A stretch of 64,000 nucleotides of DNA from Chthoniobacteraceae bacterium (GTDB lineage Bacteria > Verrucomicrobiota > Verrucomicrobiia > Chthoniobacterales > Chthoniobacteraceae): the NCBI GenBank assembly GCA_031409655.1, contig JANNXQ010000032.1, forward strand, positions 1-64,000, written 5' to 3'. The notes beneath the pieces are model-generated. The model searched no databases. It saw nothing but the letters and a program-made list of their open reading frames with translations, and was not told the origin of the DNA. This document shows positions 48,066-58,180 of the stretch, in pieces; the first letter of the stretch is position 1, and every line of letters starts with the position of its first letter. Made by a program: the position numbers and the translations under genes.

Positions 48066-48371
48066 TTACTTCAGCAACTTGCCCATGACGACCGTCATCA
48101 TGAAATCCCAGCCAGCGACATAGCCGCTGAGGAGGAGCATGGCGATGATGACGACGAGCGTCGAGTCGATGAGTTCTTTATACTTCTTCGAGCCTTTTTC
48201 CTTCGGCTCCCAAGGCCACGAAGCCTTCGCGAGTTCGACTCTCACTTCACCGGTGAAATCACGGATGTGCTTCCGGTAATAGAGGAGCGCCGCCAGCGCC
48301 GCAATCCCAACCAGCCACGTGAAAATCGTGATTGGCCAGCTACCACCGATAAGAAATAGATCCGGGTTCAT
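48066..48371 (-). CDS. secE: Preprotein translocase subunit SecE
   Basis: EVRVELAKASWP motif followed by TM; position between tRNA-Trp and nusG. Confidence 0.9.
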   Translation of the reverse strand: MNPDLFLIGGSWPITIFTWLVGIAALAALLYYRKHIRDFTGEVRVELAKASWPWEPKEKGSKKYKELIDSTLVVIIAMLLLSGYVAGWDFMMTVVMGKLLK

Positions 48372-48384
48372 TCAGGAAAGGGAG

Positions 48385-48457
48385 CACGCCAGGAGGGACT
48401 CGAACCCCCAACAAGCGGTTTTGGAGACCGCTGCTCTACCAATTGAGCTACTGGCGT
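48385..48457 (-). tRNA. tRNA-Trp(CCA)
   Basis: ACGCCAGTAGCTCAATTGGTAGAGCAGCGGTCTCCAAAACCGCTTGTTGGGGGTTCGAGTCCCTCCTGGCGTG cloverleaf. Confidence 0.97.
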
Positions 48458-48465
48458 AAGGCTCG

Positions 48466-48550
48466 TCTCTTCCTCTTCCTCTTGACCTTCCTCTTCCTCG
48501 ATGTTCCCCCCAGCGGGGAGGAAGATTAAGAGGAATTGGAGGAGGAAGAT
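48466..48550. repeat. Polypyrimidine/polypurine hexamer-based inverted repeat (second copy)
   Basis: CTCTTC-rich left arm; right arm shares GAGGAAGATTAAGAGGAA with 4737-4754. Confidence 0.72.
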
Positions 48551-48560
48551 TTGGAGCAGT

Positions 48561-49757
48561 TTAGGGTGTGATGATTTCGGCGATGCGGCCGGCACCGACG
48601 GTCTTGCCGCCTTCGCGGATGGCAAAGCGCATGGTCTTTTCCATGGCGACGGGGGTGATGAGTTCGACTTCGACCGAGACGTTATCGCCAGGCATGACCA
48701 TCTCGACACCATCTGGGAGTTTGACCGAGCCGGTCACGTCCGTGGTGCGGAAATAGAACTGCGGGCGGTAGTTCGAGAAGAACGGGGTGTGACGGCCGCC
48801 TTCTTCTTTCGAGAGGACGTAGATCTCAGCCTTGAACTTGGTGTGGGGCTTGATCGAGCCGGGTTTGGCGATGACCATGCCGCGCTCGACGTCGTCCTTC
48901 TTGGTACCGCGGAGCAGCAGACCGACGTTGTCGCCGGCGCGCGCTTCGTCGAGCAGCTTACGGAACATTTCGATGTCGGTGACCGTGGTCTTCGCCGTGG
49001 GGCGGATGCCGACGAGTTCGACTTCTTCCATCTTCTTAAGGATGCCGCGCTCGACACGACCGGTGGCGACGGTGCCGCGACCTTCGATGTTGAACACGTC
49101 TTCCACGGGCATCAGGAAGGGCAGATCGATCGGGCGATCCGGGAGCGGGATATACTCATCCACGGCGTCCATGAGATCGGCGATGCACTTGGCGTCCGCG
49201 TGGTTCGGATCGGCGCAGGCAAGAGCCTTCACTGCGGAACCCTTGATGATTGGAATCTTGTCGCCGGGGAATTCGTAAACGTTGAGCAGGTCGCGCACTT
49301 CCATCTCGACGAGTTCGAGCAACTCGGGGTCATCGACCATGTCGCACTTGTTCATGAAAACGACGATCGAAGGCACGCCGACCTGGCGGGCAAGGAGAAT
49401 ATGCTCGCGGGTCTGCGGCATCGGGCCGTCCGCGGCGGAGACGACGAGGATCGCACCGTCCATCTGGGCGGCGCCGGTGATCATGTTCTTCACGTAGTCG
49501 GCATGGCCGGGGCAGTCCACATGCGCGTAGTGGCGCTTCTCGGTCTGATACTCGACGTGCGCAGTATTGATGGTGATGCCGCGCGCCTTCTCCTCGGGAG
49601 CGGCGTCGATGTCGGCGTAGCCCTTGGCAACGGCGAATCCTTTCTTGGAAAGAATGGTGGTGATTGCCGCGGTGAGCGTGGTCTTGCCATGATCGACGTG
49701 GCCGATCGTGCCGACGTTCACATGCGGTTTGTTGCGTTCGAATTGCGCCTTTGCCAT
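48561..49757 (-). CDS. tuf: Elongation factor Tu
   Basis: [23 protein letters not shown] and typical full-length sequence. Confidence 0.99.
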   Translation of the reverse strand: MAKAQFERNKPHVNVGTIGHVDHGKTTLTAAITTILSKKGFAVAKGYADIDAAPEEKARGITINTAHVEYQTEKRHYAHVDCPGHADYVKNMITGAAQMDGAILVVSAADGPMPQTREHILLARQVGVPSIVVFMNKCDMVDDPELLELVEMEVRDLLNVYEFPGDKIPIIKGSAVKALACADPNHADAKCIADLMDAVDEYIPLPDRPIDLPFLMPVEDVFNIEGRGTVATGRVERGILKKMEEVELVGIRPTAKTTVTDIEMFRKLLDEARAGDNVGLLLRGTKKDDVERGMVIAKPGSIKPHTKFKAEIYVLSKEEGGRHTPFFSNYRPQFYFRTTDVTGSVKLPDGVEMVMPGDNVSVEVELITPVAMEKTMRFAIREGGKTVGAGRIAEIITP

Positions 49758-49833
49758 ACGGTCAGGAGGTTGGTTGGTTGGTTTCTGTTGGTTGTTTTGG
49801 GATTAAAGCTGCGCCAGTGCGGAGTAAAGAGAG

Positions 49834-49906
49834 AGCCTGCGATCGGGATTGAACCGATGACCTCGTCCTTACCAAGGACGTGCTCTACCAACTGAGCTAC
49901 GCAGGC
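49834..49906 (-). tRNA. tRNA-Thr(GGT)
   Basis: GCCTGCGTAGCTCAGTTGGTAGAGCACGTCCTTGGTAAGGACGAGGTCATCGGTTCAATCCCGATCGCAGGCT cloverleaf, directly upstream of tuf. Confidence 0.97.
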
Positions 49907-50038
49907 TTACTCTCCAGTGACTCACATCACCAGGCCGCTTGCCGGGTCAAAGAGGGCGAAAAAGCCCGCACCGAAGCGGGTTTGCGCCGCGATCGATTCA
50001 GGCTTGGTCGCGCTCTTCTCTCCGAAAAGCGAGTGCGG

Positions 50039-50066
50039 AAGCTAGCAAACCACCCCCCCCTGTCAA
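50039..50066 (-). promoter_or_regulatory. Candidate sigma70 promoter of the tRNA-Thr/tuf operon
   Basis: TTGACA-N16-TAGCTT with extended TG element on the minus strand. Confidence 0.6.
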
Positions 50067-50353
50067 AATGAATTTCGGGAATCTTCTGCCCGCCTGCCCG
50101 GAGGCCCAAAAAGGGCGTCGACTCGCAATCACCGGACCCCAAAACTAGCCGAAGGCGCAGGCATTGCGGAATCGGCAGAGGTGCTCCTCACGAGAGCGGT
50201 GCGTCGTTGCACTCGGGCCCCACTTGGCGACTGAAAATCACCTTTCCCAGAGCGCCCTCTGCCTTGTCCAATCGCAGGACGCCGACGACACCTCGCGAGA
50301 TGCGTCCCCTCCGCGCATCCTCGCTGGTGTCGATCGTTGTCGCTGCGGTGAGC

Positions 50354-50433
50354 CTGGGAGGGCCGCCGTCCCGTGCGGCCATCCCCTGCGCAACGCGGAG
50401 CGTTTACTCACGGCCAGACGGCGGCGCTCCCGG
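50354..50433. repeat. GGAGC-capped palindromic element (same family as 3492-3611)
   Basis: CTGGGAGGGCCGCCGTCCCGTGCGGC ... GACGGCGGCGCTCCCGG. Confidence 0.7.
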
Positions 50434-50434
50434 G

Positions 50435-51709
50435 CTACTTCGGGACGGCGGGCTGCGTCCAGGCGCGCTCGACTTCGCCTTCGGCGGATGGGTTCGCCTT
50501 CGGCTTCGTGGAGGTGATGCGGGCGCGGATGTAGAGTTCGTCGCCTGTGAAGGTGTAACCCGCGCTCGGGCCGGTGACCTTCGACAGCATGGCGCCGACT
50601 TCCGCGCTGTAGCGGCGCGTGGTGCGCAGGGTCTCGCCTTCCTTGCCGAGCACGACTTCGCTTTTCGGGTCGTAGCCTTGGCGCGTGCCGAAGAATTCCG
50701 TGGTGTAAGTGACGCCCGGTTCGGTGGCGATCTCCACGGCGAGGCCGGTGGCGTCGCGGCGCACGTCTTTCAAGGTCACGCCGGAGCTGGCGTAGAAGTC
50801 GCCGGCTTCCATCGCGGTGACGAGCTTTGCGGCATCCAGAGAATCCGCGCGGACCATGACCCAGCCGCGGCCCGCGAGGCTCTTCTTCGGGTCGGCGGTG
50901 TGGTAGTTGTGTGCGTCGTCGGTGCCGACTCCGAAGACGACGGATTTGCCGAGCTGGCCGAGGCGGGCGGTGAGGATCACGTCCCAGATGCGGTCGGTAC
51001 TGGCGTGCTGCTCGTCGCCATCGGTGAAGGTGCCGGGGTGCCCATTGTACACTTCGAAGAAGCGCTCGCGATCGACCTGCGCCATCTCCTCGGCGGTGAG
51101 CGCCCATTTGAAGTTCGGATGATTGATGTGGGCAAACATCGGGACGCCAGTGCGCGCGCGCTGCTCGGCGACGGCGGCGAGGTTGTTTTCCAGTGTCTCG
51201 ACGATGCTCTTCCCGCCCTGCGGTTTGATGAGTTCGCGCACATTGATCGCGCCCATGTGGATCGGCACCTTGATGAAATTGTCCGTGATCTCCTCGGCCT
51301 GGATCAGCAGGAATTGCTCGGGCTTCTCGAAGCGCCCACGGAATTCGCTGAGCATCTTCAGCCGCACCTGGCGCTGGCCATCCGCCTCGCGCTGCTCGAC
51401 CCACGGCGCGCCGAACTTTGCCAAATACTTCGCAAACGCGGCCGCTCCACCTTTGTTCTTTTCAACGCTCACCCAGTACTCGTGATCGGCGAGGACATTG
51501 TGATCCGAGAGCGCGAGGAAATGGTAGCCGTGCTGCGCATACCAGTCGGCGATCATCTCCGGGTAATCGTCGCCATCGCTCCACAGCGAGTGGGTGTGCA
51601 GATTGCCCTTCCACCAGCGGGCCGGCGACGCCGCAAAGCTCGTGGCCGCAAGCGCCGAAAGGGCGAGGATGAAAAGGAGCGGCGCGCGCTTGGACGGGGA
51701 GGAATTCAC
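50435..51709 (-). CDS. Secreted PHP-family metallohydrolase
   Basis: WWKGNLHTHSLWSDG, LSDHN, INHP, GTDDAH; signal peptide; start uncertain. Confidence 0.8.
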   Translation of the reverse strand: MNSSPSKRAPLLFILALSALAATSFAASPARWWKGNLHTHSLWSDGDDYPEMIADWYAQHGYHFLALSDHNVLADHEYWVSVEKNKGGAAAFAKYLAKFGAPWVEQREADGQRQVRLKMLSEFRGRFEKPEQFLLIQAEEITDNFIKVPIHMGAINVRELIKPQGGKSIVETLENNLAAVAEQRARTGVPMFAHINHPNFKWALTAEEMAQVDRERFFEVYNGHPGTFTDGDEQHASTDRIWDVILTARLGQLGKSVVFGVGTDDAHNYHTADPKKSLAGRGWVMVRADSLDAAKLVTAMEAGDFYASSGVTLKDVRRDATGLAVEIATEPGVTYTTEFFGTRQGYDPKSEVVLGKEGETLRTTRRYSAEVGAMLSKVTGPSAGYTFTGDELYIRARITSTKPKANPSAEGEVERAWTQPAVPK

Positions 51710-51766
51710 GCAGGCGATGTTGCGCGTGCGGTCGCGACCGCGGCAACGCAATTCCCCCTCGGGCCG

Positions 51767-52690
51767 CTACGCCTTGGCCTCAAATTGCTGCATCACGCGG
51801 AAGATCCGATAGCGTTCGTCGATGTCCGCCTGCGTGAGGCTGCGCAACCGTTCGAGGCTGAAGGCTTCCACATTGAAACTCGCCAGCACGGAGCCCCAGA
51901 CCACGGCCTTGGAAAGATCGGCGAAGGTGATGTCGCCTTGGCAAGTGCTGGCGAGATAACCCGCGAGACCGCCGGCAAAAGTATCACCCGCACCAGTCGG
52001 ATCGTGGATGTCTTCGAGCGGGTAGGCGCCGCAGGAGAAGAACTGCGCATTTTCCCCGAAGAGCAGGCACCCGTGCTCGCCCTTTTTCAGCGCGACGAAA
52101 CGCGGGCCCATGCTCTGGATCTTGCGCCCGGCCTTGATCAGGCTGGTCTCGCCGGTGAGCTGGCGCGCTTCGCCGTCATTGAGGATGAGCATATCCACGC
52201 GGGCGAGCAGCGCCTTCAGGTCGTCGAGGGCGATGTTGATCCAGAGGTCCATGGTGTCCGCGATGACGAACCGCGGGCGCTGCATCTGATCCAGGACGTG
52301 GCCCTGAAGACTGGGCGCGATATTCGCGAGGAGCACCAGCGGCGTCGCGCGATACGCATCGGGCAGCGCGGGCGTGAAATGCTCGAAGACGTTCAGCTCC
52401 ACGCTGCGGGTCTCGCGCGTGTTCAGATCCCACATGTATTCGCCGGACCAGCGGAAGGTCTTGCCCGGCACGATTTGCAGTCCGGCGAGGTCGATCTTGC
52501 GGCTGCCAAAGTAGTCGATGTGCGACTTTGGAAAATCATCCCCGACGATGCCGACGAGATTCACTGGCCCGAAGAAACTGGCGCTGACGCTGGCATAACT
52601 GGCCGAGCCGCCGAGCAGATCAGCGTGTTCTTCGAGGGGAGTTTTGACGAAATCGAGCGCGATGGAACCAACGATGAGGACGGAGGACAT
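51767..52690 (-). CDS. PfkB-family carbohydrate kinase
   Basis: GGSASY, VGDDF, N..EA, KKGEHG, DPTGAGDTFAGG. Confidence 0.92.
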   Translation of the reverse strand: MSSVLIVGSIALDFVKTPLEEHADLLGGSASYASVSASFFGPVNLVGIVGDDFPKSHIDYFGSRKIDLAGLQIVPGKTFRWSGEYMWDLNTRETRSVELNVFEHFTPALPDAYRATPLVLLANIAPSLQGHVLDQMQRPRFVIADTMDLWINIALDDLKALLARVDMLILNDGEARQLTGETSLIKAGRKIQSMGPRFVALKKGEHGCLLFGENAQFFSCGAYPLEDIHDPTGAGDTFAGGLAGYLASTCQGDITFADLSKAVVWGSVLASFNVEAFSLERLRSLTQADIDERYRIFRVMQQFEAKA

Positions 52691-52697
52691 GGGCAGT

Positions 52698-52727
52698 TAA
52701 GATTTAGGATTTAGCATTTAGCATTTG
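52698..52727. repeat. Short heptamer tandem repeat
   Basis: ATTTAGG-ATTTAGC-ATTTAGC-ATTT between asd and pfkB. Confidence 0.5.
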
Positions 52728-52765
52728 CAGATGGGCGCTGCGCGCGATGGGGTCGCGTGGCGCGG

Positions 52766-53776
52766 TTACTTTCCGCTACCGAGGCGCTCGGCGATTTGCA
52801 CGGCGTTGAGCGCGGCGCCTTTGAGGAGTTGGTCGCCGGCGACCCAGAAGGCGAGGGCGTTGTCCAGGGCGCAGTCGTAGCGGAGGCGGCCGACCTGGCA
52901 GTTGTCCTTTTCGGCGGCGTAAAGCGGGAGCGGGTATTCGTTCTTCGCGGGGTTGTCCACCACGTCGAGGCCGGGCGCTTTGCCGAGGACTTCGCGGGCG
53001 CGATCGAGCGAGACTGGGCGCTCAAATTCCGCCGTCACCGCGACGGAATGCGCGCGATAGACCGGCACGCGGACGCAGGTCACCGAAGCCTTGAAGGTCG
53101 GGTGATGCATGATGCGCCGGCCTTCGTTTTGCATCTTCATCTCTTCCTTCGTGTAGCCAGTCTCGAGGAAGTTATCGACGTGCGGCAGGACGTTGAAGGC
53201 GATCTGGTGCGGATACACTTTCTTCTCGATCGGCTCGCCATTGGCAATGGCCTGCACTTGCTGGCGCAGTTCCTCGATGGCCTGCGCGCCCGTGCCACTC
53301 ACGGCCTGATAGCTGGAGGCAAAGATGCGCTTCACGCGGAATTCACGATGCAACGGGAAGAGCGCCATGAGCGTGATCGCGGTGGTGCAATTCGGATTCG
53401 CGATGATACCTTGGTGCTTCTCGATGTCGTCGCCATTGATTTCCGGGACGACGAGCGGCACGTGCGAGTCCATGCGGAAGCACGAGGAATTATCCACCAC
53501 CACACAGCCGGCCTGCACGGCGTGCGGCGCGAATTCTTTCGAAATACTCCCGCCGGCACTGAAGAGTGCGATATCGACCCCGGCGAAGGCATCCGCGGTG
53601 AGTTCCTGGATGGTGATCTCTTCGCCCTTGAAAGGCAGCGCCTTCCCCGCTGATCGCGCAGAGGCGAGCAGGGTGAGTTTGGAGACCGGAAACCCGCGTT
53701 TCTCGAGCGTCTTCATCATTTCGATGCCGACGGCTCCGGTGGCTCCAACGATGGCGACGTGCTTGGGATTGCTCAT
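52766..53776 (-). CDS. asd: Aspartate-semialdehyde dehydrogenase
   Basis: VGATGAVG, DNSS.FRM, ANPNCTT, YQAVSGTG, TCVRVPV..AHS, KGAALNAVQIAE. Confidence 0.97.
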   Translation of the reverse strand: MSNPKHVAIVGATGAVGIEMMKTLEKRGFPVSKLTLLASARSAGKALPFKGEEITIQELTADAFAGVDIALFSAGGSISKEFAPHAVQAGCVVVDNSSCFRMDSHVPLVVPEINGDDIEKHQGIIANPNCTTAITLMALFPLHREFRVKRIFASSYQAVSGTGAQAIEELRQQVQAIANGEPIEKKVYPHQIAFNVLPHVDNFLETGYTKEEMKMQNEGRRIMHHPTFKASVTCVRVPVYRAHSVAVTAEFERPVSLDRAREVLGKAPGLDVVDNPAKNEYPLPLYAAEKDNCQVGRLRYDCALDNALAFWVAGDQLLKGAALNAVQIAERLGSGK

Positions 53777-53874
53777 AAAAGCGGGCGCGCACCCTAGGGG
53801 CGGGGTCGGGCGGAGGCAAGCGCCGGAGGGAGGTGGGGCAAAGTTTGTGGAAAGATGGGGCCGGCGGCGGAAAG

Positions 53875-53975
53875 AAACGCCAAACTTCAAACGCTAAACT
53901 TCAAACATCAAACACGGAGGGCCGGTCGCCGAGTTCGTTTGGCGTTTAGTGTTTAGCGTTTGAAGTTTGGCGTTC
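53875..53975. repeat. Heptamer tandem repeats forming a long inverted repeat
   Basis: AACGCCAAACTTCAAACGCTAAAC and its exact reverse complement; same unit family as 34863-34987. Confidence 0.8.
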
Positions 53976-54008
53976 ATTCCCAGCCGTCCCGAACACCTCG
54001 CCCCTCGC

Positions 54009-55391
54009 TTAAAGCACCACCGGCTCCCCAGGGGCCGGGATCACGAACTCGCTCTCCGGCAAATCCGCCTGCAAGGTGGATCGGAACCACTCGAGCGCCG
54101 CCGTGTCGCCATGGACGAGCAGCACCTTCTTCGGCCGCACCTTGTTCACGTAAGCGCGGATGCTCTCCCGCGTGGCGTGGGCGCTGAAATTGAAGACCTC
54201 GGTCTGACAGCGCAAGGGCTGCGCAGGACGCGCCGGATCGAGTTGGATCATCTCGCCCGGCGCCGTCGCCCGCAGCCGACCGGCCGGAGATTCGGGATCC
54301 GCATACCCGACGAAAAGCATCGTCTGATTCGGGTCGCTGATGAAATGGCGGGCGTAGCTGTTGGAGATCGTTTTCTCCGTCATCATGCCGCTCGAAAGCG
54401 CGTAAATGCGGCGCGGCTTCACTGGCGTGGCGTCGGCAGCTTTGCCGGCCATGGTGAAAGGCGCGACGGTATGGAGGAGATCGAGATCGGGGCGCTGCCG
54501 GGGGACTTGATACGCGAGCTTGTCGTAGATTTCCGTGATCTTCGTGCCGAGACCGCCGATGTAGATCGGGCAAAGCGGGAGCAGCCCTTTGCGGCGGAAT
54601 TCGTAAAACATCGCCAGTAGCTCCTGCGTCTTGCCGAGCGCAAAGATGGGGATGAAAACCGCGCCGCCACGATCGAAAGCTGCCTGGATCGCCTTGGCGA
54701 AACGCAACTCCTCGGCGGCCCGCGTGAAACCCTCGGGCATCGCTCGTTCGCCATTCGTGGTCTCCATGATGAGCACGTCGAGCGGCTCCTCCGGAAAACG
54801 CGCGGCCTGCATCACCGTCTGATCGCCGAACTGCACATCGCCCGAGTACAAGATGGTGCGACCTTCCGTGCGGATGAGCGTGCCGACGGAACCGAGGATG
54901 TGCCCGGCGTCGAAAAACTCCACGGAGACCTCCGCCAGTTCGTCGGGCCGGAGCCGCTCGCCGGTGAGATCAAACCGCGTGTGCAACGGCGCAGTCCGCC
55001 AGCGTTTCTCGCAGAGATCCACCTCGCGATGCGTAAAGTGCGGGCGCGGCATGAGCCCGTCGTCGCACTTGTATTGCATGACGTTTGCCGAATTGTGCAG
55101 CATCTGGCCGCTCAGCAGCCGGGTGCCTTCCGTCATGAAGACCGGCGCGCGCGGCTGCTGCCGCATGAGCACCGGGAGCGAGCCCAGGTGATCCTGATGC
55201 GCGTGGGAAAGCACGATGGCCTCCGCGCTATCCGCGGGCAGACGATCGAGCAGCGGCAACCCCTCCGGTCCGTCGAGCCGCGGATGCATCCCCGCATCGA
55301 GGATCAAGCGCTTCCCCGCTGCCTCGAGACTATAGCAATTGGCGCCGATCTCGGCAGCGCGGGTCAGATTCGTAAAAGTGATACCGGACAT
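54009..55391 (-). CDS. Metallo-beta-lactamase/beta-CASP ribonuclease
   Basis: HAHQDH, AGHILGS, YSGD, SSGM, FSAHA, VHG. Confidence 0.88.
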   Translation of the reverse strand: MSGITFTNLTRAAEIGANCYSLEAAGKRLILDAGMHPRLDGPEGLPLLDRLPADSAEAIVLSHAHQDHLGSLPVLMRQQPRAPVFMTEGTRLLSGQMLHNSANVMQYKCDDGLMPRPHFTHREVDLCEKRWRTAPLHTRFDLTGERLRPDELAEVSVEFFDAGHILGSVGTLIRTEGRTILYSGDVQFGDQTVMQAARFPEEPLDVLIMETTNGERAMPEGFTRAAEELRFAKAIQAAFDRGGAVFIPIFALGKTQELLAMFYEFRRKGLLPLCPIYIGGLGTKITEIYDKLAYQVPRQRPDLDLLHTVAPFTMAGKAADATPVKPRRIYALSSGMMTEKTISNSYARHFISDPNQTMLFVGYADPESPAGRLRATAPGEMIQLDPARPAQPLRCQTEVFNFSAHATRESIRAYVNKVRPKKVLLVHGDTAALEWFRSTLQADLPESEFVIPAPGEPVVL

Positions 55392-56086
55392 GCCGTGCGG
55401 TAGAGCATGTGCAGCCGCCCGCCCTTTGGCAAGACACGCCACACGTGAGCTGAATCACGGTGCGACCATGCGCCGCCGAGGCGCACAAAGCGCGGGCCTG
55501 GGGCCCTGCCGAGCGCCGACCTCGAGTCCACGCGCTCTCTTGGAGACACGCCTCCGAGTTCTGCCGTATTGCGTGAGCCCGCGTCACCGCGTCATCTCCG
55601 TGACGTCAGCTTTCCATCGCCTCACCATGCAGTTCGCCCCCAGAGTCGAGGCAGGCAGAGCTCTTCTACCGCAATGCAATTCCTCAACTGCCAGTAGTGC
55701 GACGCTTCGGTCCCGCTCCCTCGCAGTCCGCGATTGCCCCCCAGTGCGCTGGTAGATTGGTCGAAAGGACGCGCGAAAAAAGTGGGCTTTCTCGCTCCAA
55801 CTGCTCCTCATCCGAAAATTCCATACCTCAAAACTGGCAATCCTCCCATGCTGACCACTCCGAAAATCAGCCCTGATCGACTGTTTTGTAGGATGGACAC
55901 TGACACTTTGCATACGCCAATCGCCACGCAAGAATGCGTCGATTTCTTCTTGTCGAATTCTGACGGTTCTGAATAATGCAGGGGTCAAATGCGCCAAACA
56001 AAGAGGTTTTCAGCCCCGTGAAACGCTTCGACTTCTAAAAGTTCAAAGCCCAACCAGATTATCCGATTCAACCAACCCAAACTCAC

Positions 56087-57151
56087 ATGACCACAAAAAA
56101 CACTAAACTTGCAGGTCTTGCTTTGGCGGCTGCCTGCGCCGCAGTTCTCGCCCCAACCGCAAATGCGCTCGTGCTGCGCTACGAAGAGGCCGGTTTCGGC
56201 AAAAACGTCGGCGACCTTTTCGAGAAGGGACCGGTCACATTAAAAATTCAGGACTGGGACGCTGGCACTACCTACACGACCGCAGTCGGCGGTCAGCTTC
56301 CCATTGGAACTACCCGTGGTAACGGCCAGGATGGTACCGGCGTGCAGACGAATCTTGGCGGTGTTACTGAATTGAACGCCCCCGCCGGAGTCTTGGTGAC
56401 TCAAGCTGCTCAATCCCGTCCGTTGGGCCTGCTCGGTGCAGGAGCTGCGAGCAACGACGATACTTGGGGGATCGCAAAGATCACCGATATCCGAGATTCA
56501 AATGGCCTGACGATCTGGTCGTCCATCGGAAAAGGCGCAGAACTTACGGCGCTCTTCTACGGCGAACAGGATACATACTTTAAGCAAACTGCTGCAGATA
56601 CCCTGACCTCCAGCGGCGTGGGTCTTCGGATTGATCTTTGGGAACAGAATCTCCCAACGCCTGCTGGTCAAACCTTCAATCCCAGCCTCGGGCCAGGCGG
56701 TCGGGATGCCGGCGGCCTTGGCTACACGACGGTCACGGAGGGCACTAAGATTCTTACGTTGCAGTCAACTCCTGGCTTCTTGCATTTAGACGGCACGTTG
56801 GGCGGCAGTGCAGCCGAATTCGAAACCCGCTTCAATGTTGCCGGTGGCAAAGGAAGCGGTGATGCCTACATGAACGTAATCGGCGGAACGGAAGCAGCGC
56901 GGTTCGACACGAACCAAGTTAGCAGCAATGTTTCTGCCCCGGGGCTTTTCTCGGATATCGCGATCTCCTTCACAAACGACTCCCGCACCTTGGCTCAAGG
57001 CAACTCGACGAATAAGTTCGACTGGCTCGTCACCAGTGACGACCCCATCAAGGGGAACGTCATTCCTGAGCCCACCTCTGCCCTTGTTGGCTTGGGTTGC
57101 ACCTTGGCGATGTTCGCCGGACGCCGTCGCAAGGTCGCCACTGTCGCTTAA
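56087..57151 (+). CDS. PEP-CTERM surface protein
   Basis: Signal peptide (ANA); Gly/Thr-rich body; C-terminal IPEPTS + hydrophobic helix + RRRK. Confidence 0.9.
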   Translation: MTTKNTKLAGLALAAACAAVLAPTANALVLRYEEAGFGKNVGDLFEKGPVTLKIQDWDAGTTYTTAVGGQLPIGTTRGNGQDGTGVQTNLGGVTELNAPAGVLVTQAAQSRPLGLLGAGAASNDDTWGIAKITDIRDSNGLTIWSSIGKGAELTALFYGEQDTYFKQTAADTLTSSGVGLRIDLWEQNLPTPAGQTFNPSLGPGGRDAGGLGYTTVTEGTKILTLQSTPGFLHLDGTLGGSAAEFETRFNVAGGKGSGDAYMNVIGGTEAARFDTNQVSSNVSAPGLFSDIAISFTNDSRTLAQGNSTNKFDWLVTSDDPIKGNVIPEPTSALVGLGCTLAMFAGRRRKVATVA

Positions 57152-57192
57152 CGAAACTATCCGGCGTGAGTTGAACTCACGTCTCAAGACTC

Positions 57193-57235
57193 AAATGCCC
57201 CGGTCAGCTAGATGCTGGCCGGGGCGTTTCTTTTT
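57193..57235 (+). terminator. Rho-independent terminator
   Basis: GCCCCGGTCAGC-TAGAT-GCTGGCCGGGGC followed by GTTTCTTTTT. Confidence 0.85.
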
Positions 57236-57720
57236 AGGGAATCGGTCGCGGCTCTGGGGGATCGAGTCGCTCACCCATCGCGACCCGGCACCAACTCGCC
57301 CGATCGCCGGGTGAGAGTCATTGAGCACCACGTCGGGCCTAAAGCGACCTTCGCGGAAGAAGCAGACCCCGGAGCGTCCGCGTTTCCGGAGCGATCACCT
57401 TATTTTTGAAAAATGGTATCACTGACGACGCCCCCGTCGGCTTTCGTCGGATGCGGTAGCTTCCGCAGTTTTCAGACCCTTCCACACGGGCACTTTCGTG
57501 GGAGGCTCTGGACACCATTGCTAGGCGCAAGAGCCGTGTCCCCGATTTCGGGCTCTTCCATCCATCGTCCGAATCCGGAACCTTTGCCGATGCTGCGGAA
57601 GTGACAAACTCACGGTCGCAAAACGCCGAAAAATGGGCCTCGGAGCTTAGGTGATTCTGGGAACTGACACACCAGAACAGCCTCGCCTGTTCCCTTCGCG
57701 TGAAGCAACCTGGACGAGCC

Positions 57721-57954
57721 TTATTCGCCGTCCGAGCCAATCGCTTCGACCGGACAGCCTTCCATGGCTTCTTTGGAAAGCCGCTCCTCGTCTTCGTTCT
57801 CGGGCTGTTTGTAGAGGTAGCTGTGGCCGCCGTCGTCGTTGCGCATGAAATTTGCGGGCGCGGTTTCGCGGCAGAGATCGCAGTCGATGCACTGGTCATC
57901 CACGTAGAATTTCCCGGGAACGTTTTCGGGGTATTTGTTAACGGCGTCGGCCAT
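57721..57954 (-). CDS. Ferredoxin (single Fe-S cluster)
   Basis: CIDCDLC...GCPVEAIG, acidic, 77 aa. Confidence 0.92.
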   Translation of the reverse strand: MADAVNKYPENVPGKFYVDDQCIDCDLCRETAPANFMRNDDGGHSYLYKQPENEDEERLSKEAMEGCPVEAIGSDGE

Positions 57955-58180
57955 GATTTTAGCGATTTCCTAGATTCAATTTCGAGCGCCCGAAAATAGG
58001 GGTGAAATCCGCTCTGGCAATGAGTTTTTCCAATTTCGGTCCCACGCAGATTCGGGTCGAATTGTTTTGCGCGGGACGAAATGAGAGGCGTCGCTCGAAG
58101 GGTGCGCTGAGTTGGCACTGAAGTGGAGCGGAGCCTTACTGGAGGGCGAAAACTACCTCAGCAACGCCAGCCCGGCGCTC

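Noticed and set aside
50174..50263. AGAGGTGC...GAGCGC hairpin reminiscent of a lysine riboswitch
   Set aside because: About 90 nt is too short, internal conserved motifs are absent, and it does not lead into a co-oriented gene; probably a generic inverted repeat.
50207..52714. Long + strand ORF (835 aa) and similar antisense ORFs (156-1583, 48501-49895, 58271-59932)
   Set aside because: Shadow frames of well-supported opposite-strand genes, expected in high-GC DNA.
57600..57650. GACAAAC...GTCGCAAAAC resembling a c-di-GMP-I riboswitch
   Set aside because: The intervening GNRA stem-loop is missing and there is no co-oriented downstream gene.
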